The notes beneath the pieces were generated by a model. That model had not been told where the DNA came from, did not search any database, and saw nothing but the letters and a program-made list of their open reading frames with translations. This document shows positions 17,068 to 19,183 of a stretch of DNA of 19,183 bases, piece by piece. Position 1 is the stretch's first letter, and the number at the start of each line of letters is the position of its first letter. Position numbers and translations under genes: made by a program. The DNA is from Vulcanimicrobiaceae bacterium (lineage in GTDB: Bacteria; Vulcanimicrobiota; Vulcanimicrobiia; Vulcanimicrobiales; Vulcanimicrobiaceae): contig JBHEMM010000043.1 in assembly GCA_046262595.1 (NCBI GenBank), positions 1-19,183 of the forward strand, given 5' to 3'.

Positions 17068-17928
17068 TTAGGATCCGGGCGGCGGCGGCAGTATGCGGAC
17101 AGCGAATGCGGCGACGTCGTCGTGCAGCGAGTTGCCGGCAAAGTCCTCGACTTCGCGTAAAAGCTCTGCGACGAGCTCTGTGGGCGAGCGCTCGGCGTTC
17201 CGCGCAATCGCTTGGACGAGCCGCTCCATTCCGAAAAAGCCGCCATCACGCGAGCGCGCCTCAGTGACGCCGTCCGTCGTCGCCACAAGAAGCGTGCCGG
17301 GAGACGTGTCCACAAAGCCTTGCTTAAACAGATGGTGCTGATCGTCGAAAATACCGATCAACGGTGCAGTCGGCGGCAGGACGTACGGTGCGGTGCCCGG
17401 CTGAACAAGAACCACTGGCTCATGCCCAGCGGAAGCATACGTCAACGATCGCCGGCTGTCGTCAAAAATGCCCAAGAATACGCTGGCAAAAGACTCAGCA
17501 CGCTCGAACGACATATTTTCGAGATAGACGCGGTCAAGTGCGCGCAGCGCGCTCTCCGGAGTCAGTCCAGTGGAACAAAAACAGCGGATGCCGTACTTCA
17601 CGAGCGCCGCATGAATCGCGGCTTGAGCGCCCTTCCCGGAGATGTCAGCGATCGAGAAAGCAACACTGCCGTTATCGAAGTGGTAAACATCCACAATGTC
17701 GCCGCCCACCGCCCCTCCGGCAAGTTTGTACGCCGCGCCATATTCGAGCCTATCGATGCGGTGGTGCGCCGGGGCAAACAGGTGCTTGATGAGCACTTCC
17801 GCAGCACGTCGATCGTCGCTTGTCAACGAGCCCTCGTACGGTGCCTCCTCAGCAGCAAGACGCTGTGCGGGCGAGAGCGTTGGCTTCGTCGCGAACGGCC
17901 GGGCCGGCGCTTTGTTAGAGCGTTTCAT
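17068..17928 (-). CDS. Stand-alone SpoIIE/RsbU-type PP2C protein-Ser/Thr phosphatase
   Basis: VGGDIVD, IADISGKGAQAA, ASAGHEP, TTDGVTEAR, FGMERL and HDDVA, with all metal-binding Asp motifs present. There is no N-terminal sensor domain. Confidence 0.9.
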   Translation of the reverse strand: MKRSNKAPARPFATKPTLSPAQRLAAEEAPYEGSLTSDDRRAAEVLIKHLFAPAHHRIDRLEYGAAYKLAGGAVGGDIVDVYHFDNGSVAFSIADISGKGAQAAIHAALVKYGIRCFCSTGLTPESALRALDRVYLENMSFERAESFASVFLGIFDDSRRSLTYASAGHEPVVLVQPGTAPYVLPPTAPLIGIFDDQHHLFKQGFVDTSPGTLLVATTDGVTEARSRDGGFFGMERLVQAIARNAERSPTELVAELLREVEDFAGNSLHDDVAAFAVRILPPPPGS

Positions 17929-18112
17929 AGGCTGCTTCTACCCTCAAACGCGATCGGTGCTCTGCTTCATGGTCCAGGATGCACCACGCGCGGCGATGGC
18001 CGAGTCGCCTTGAATACTTCGATCTCCCCCGGACGCGCGAAACACATGTTCGCCGCCGGCAGGAGCGAACGAGCAACGTCGCGCGTTCGAGTATCGCGTG
18101 CTCCTCAAGCAC
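17915..18112 (-). CDS. Putative 65-aa Arg-rich upstream ORF overlapping the phosphatase start
   Basis: Perfect SD AAGGAGG (18125-18119) 6 nt before GTG 18112. The ORF overlaps the first 14 nt of the PP2C gene. The product resembles no family I recognise. Confidence 0.3.
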   Translation of the reverse strand: MLEEHAILERATLLVRSCRRRTCVSRVRGRSKYSRRLGHRRAWCILDHEAEHRSRLRVEAAYETL

Positions 18113-18221
18113 GCAGTCCCTCCTTTTTTCGCTCGCTCCCGCTAACGTCAACGTACGGCGCGTAGTCTTTACGATCGAACGATTCGCTGCGGGCACGTAA
18201 CAACGGCATTCATTTGGTGAA

Positions 18222-18256
18222 GCAGCGGGAGAGAGTCTCGCTCGCCTGCCTTTTTT
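18222..18256 (+). terminator. Intrinsic terminator-like hairpin
   Basis: GCAGCGGGAGAG-AGT-CTCGCTCGCCTGC stem (one mismatch, one bulge) followed by C and TTTTTT. Confidence 0.45.
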
Positions 18257-18492
18257 GCTGACGCCGATCGGTGAACGCCTTGCGCATTCAAGGCCCTGGC
18301 TCGCGCCCTCATTGAGAAAAGTCCTGTACCGAAGAAGGTTCGCGCCGCTCTGCATAAAGCGTTGTTTCCGACACGCCGGACAAGCGGGGCCGACAAAACC
18401 GGAGCGGGCCACGCCACCGGGCCCGCGCTGCGTTCGCCGATGCACGCAGACGCCGCCAGCGCCAGCGCCTGAAGCATGGGGCGCCAGATTCC

Positions 18493-18523
18493 TTGACTCC
18501 TACCCCCGTCCCCGTGGTATATT
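18493..18523 (+). promoter_or_regulatory. sigma70-type promoter of the infC operon
   Basis: TTGACT (18493-18498), a long 19-bp spacer and an extended -10 TGgTATATT (18515-18523). The predicted TSS at ~18530 coincides with the leader 5' end. Confidence 0.65.
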
Positions 18524-18529
18524 GCGTGA

Positions 18530-18647
18530 GCCGAAGTAGGGCCCGGGCGGGCTCTCACCGGATGCCTCACGGCGATCCGGTCTTCTTCCGAGGAACCGCC
18601 GGTAGGTTCCAACGATAGGGGTTACTTCGGTAACGCCTTTTTCTTTT
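18530..18647 (+). ncRNA. Ribosomal protein L20 leader-like cis-regulatory RNA (transcription attenuator)
   Basis: The AAGTAG-stem-CTCACC-stem pattern resembles the Firmicute L20 leader. Stems are 18538-44/18549-55 and 18557-66/18571-81, closed by GAAG 18533-36/CTTC 18582-85, with a further hairpin at 18592-97/18605-10. It lies directly upstream of infC. Confidence 0.75.
18617..18647 (+). terminator. Attenuator terminator of the infC leader
   Basis: AGGGGTTAC-TTCG-GTAACGCCT hairpin (UUCG tetraloop, one G-G mismatch) running into TTTTTCTTTT. Confidence 0.8.
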
Positions 18648-18684
18648 CCGCGCACGCATCGCGATCTTACGGAGTACTTAGCTC

Positions 18685-19183
18685 ATAGCTCGACCGCTCA
18701 GAATAAACGACCAGATACGCATCCGCCAAGTGCGCGTGATCGACGACGACGGAAGTCAGCTCGGCATCATGCTCACCGAAGATGCGCTGCAACGCGCGCG
18801 AACGTCAGGGCTCGATCTCATCGAGGTCTCGCCGACCGCGCAGCCCCCGGTCTGCCGCATCGGGGATTACGGACGCCTCAAGTACGAGCAGTCGAAAAAA
18901 GATAAGGACACGCGTAAGAAGCAGAAAAACTTCGAACTCAAGGAAGTGAAGCTGCGCCCGAAGATCGAGACGCACGATTACGAGACAAAGGCCCGCATGG
19001 CCGAACGTCTCTTGCTGGACGGCAGCAAAATCAAAGTCACGATCATGTTTCGCGGGCGCGAAATAACGTACACGGGATTCGGCCGCAAGCTCTTGGATCG
19101 CATGGCCGTCGATATGACGCCCATCGCCATTGTCGAGCGAGATCCGAAACTCGAAGGAAAAAACATGTTTATGATCCTCGCGC
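18685..19183 (+). CDS. infC: Translation initiation factor IF-3 (3' partial), non-canonical ATA start
   Basis: IARPLRINDQIRIRQVRVIDDDGSQLG, GLDLIEVSP, PPVCRIGDYGRLKYE, KEVKLRPKI, HDYETK, KVTIMFRGRE and PKLEGKNMFMILA. GGAG at 18671-18674; in-frame TAG at 18679-18681. Confidence 0.95.
   Translation, partial: MARPLRINDQIRIRQVRVIDDDGSQLGIMLTEDALQRARTSGLDLIEVSPTAQPPVCRIGDYGRLKYEQSKKDKDTRKKQKNFELKEVKLRPKIETHDYETKARMAERLLLDGSKIKVTIMFRGREITYTGFGRKLLDRMAVDMTPIAIVERDPKLEGKNMFMILA

Noticed and set aside
18058..18250. 6S RNA or T-box identity for the structured intergenic region
   Set aside because: The pairing is asymmetric, with no central bubble in a long rod, and there is no T-box sequence or specifier stem.
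18169..18477. 102-aa minus-strand ORF starting MLQALALAASAC (lipoprotein-like)
   Set aside because: There is no charged n-region, the SD is weak and distant, and no domain is recognisable. It could be a gene remnant, but I cannot support that.
1..19183. Mobile elements, defence systems, CRISPR arrays, tRNA or rRNA genes
   Set aside because: I saw no transposase, integrase, cas or nuclease motifs, no periodic repeats and no cloverleaf structures.

Overview
GC-rich bacterial chromosomal window of mostly housekeeping and metabolic genes, with no mobile element, CRISPR array, tRNA or rRNA. The minus-strand run (6537->1) contains an atypical cis-prenyltransferase (uppS-like), a MeaB-family GTPase, a B12-dependent acyl-CoA mutase large subunit with isobutyryl-CoA-mutase residues (RQFAG, KEYIAQ), an unannotated 40-aa coupled ORF, the B12-binding small subunit, gltX and glmU. 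As given, glmU carries an internal deletion plus frameshift near 710. Divergent from this run are a tricorn (S41) protease and a GT-C (PMT/ArnT-like) membrane glycosyltransferase. A second minus-strand block holds two paralogous alpha/beta hydrolases around tag, followed by an orphan pstS. A plus-strand coupled trio follows: rocD, a truncated acyl-CoA-synthetase-like protein lacking the P-loop, and a small beta-propeller-fragment protein. Next are a stand-alone SpoIIE/RsbU PP2C phosphatase with a structured upstream region and, finally, a promoter, an L20-leader-like attenuator and infC with a non-canonical AUA start (partial). The best candidates for undescribed biology are the small ORF inside the mutase operon, the four-segment RNA switch at 18058-18256 and the ANL pseudo-enzyme operon. 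All calls come from motif recognition; no database searches were run.
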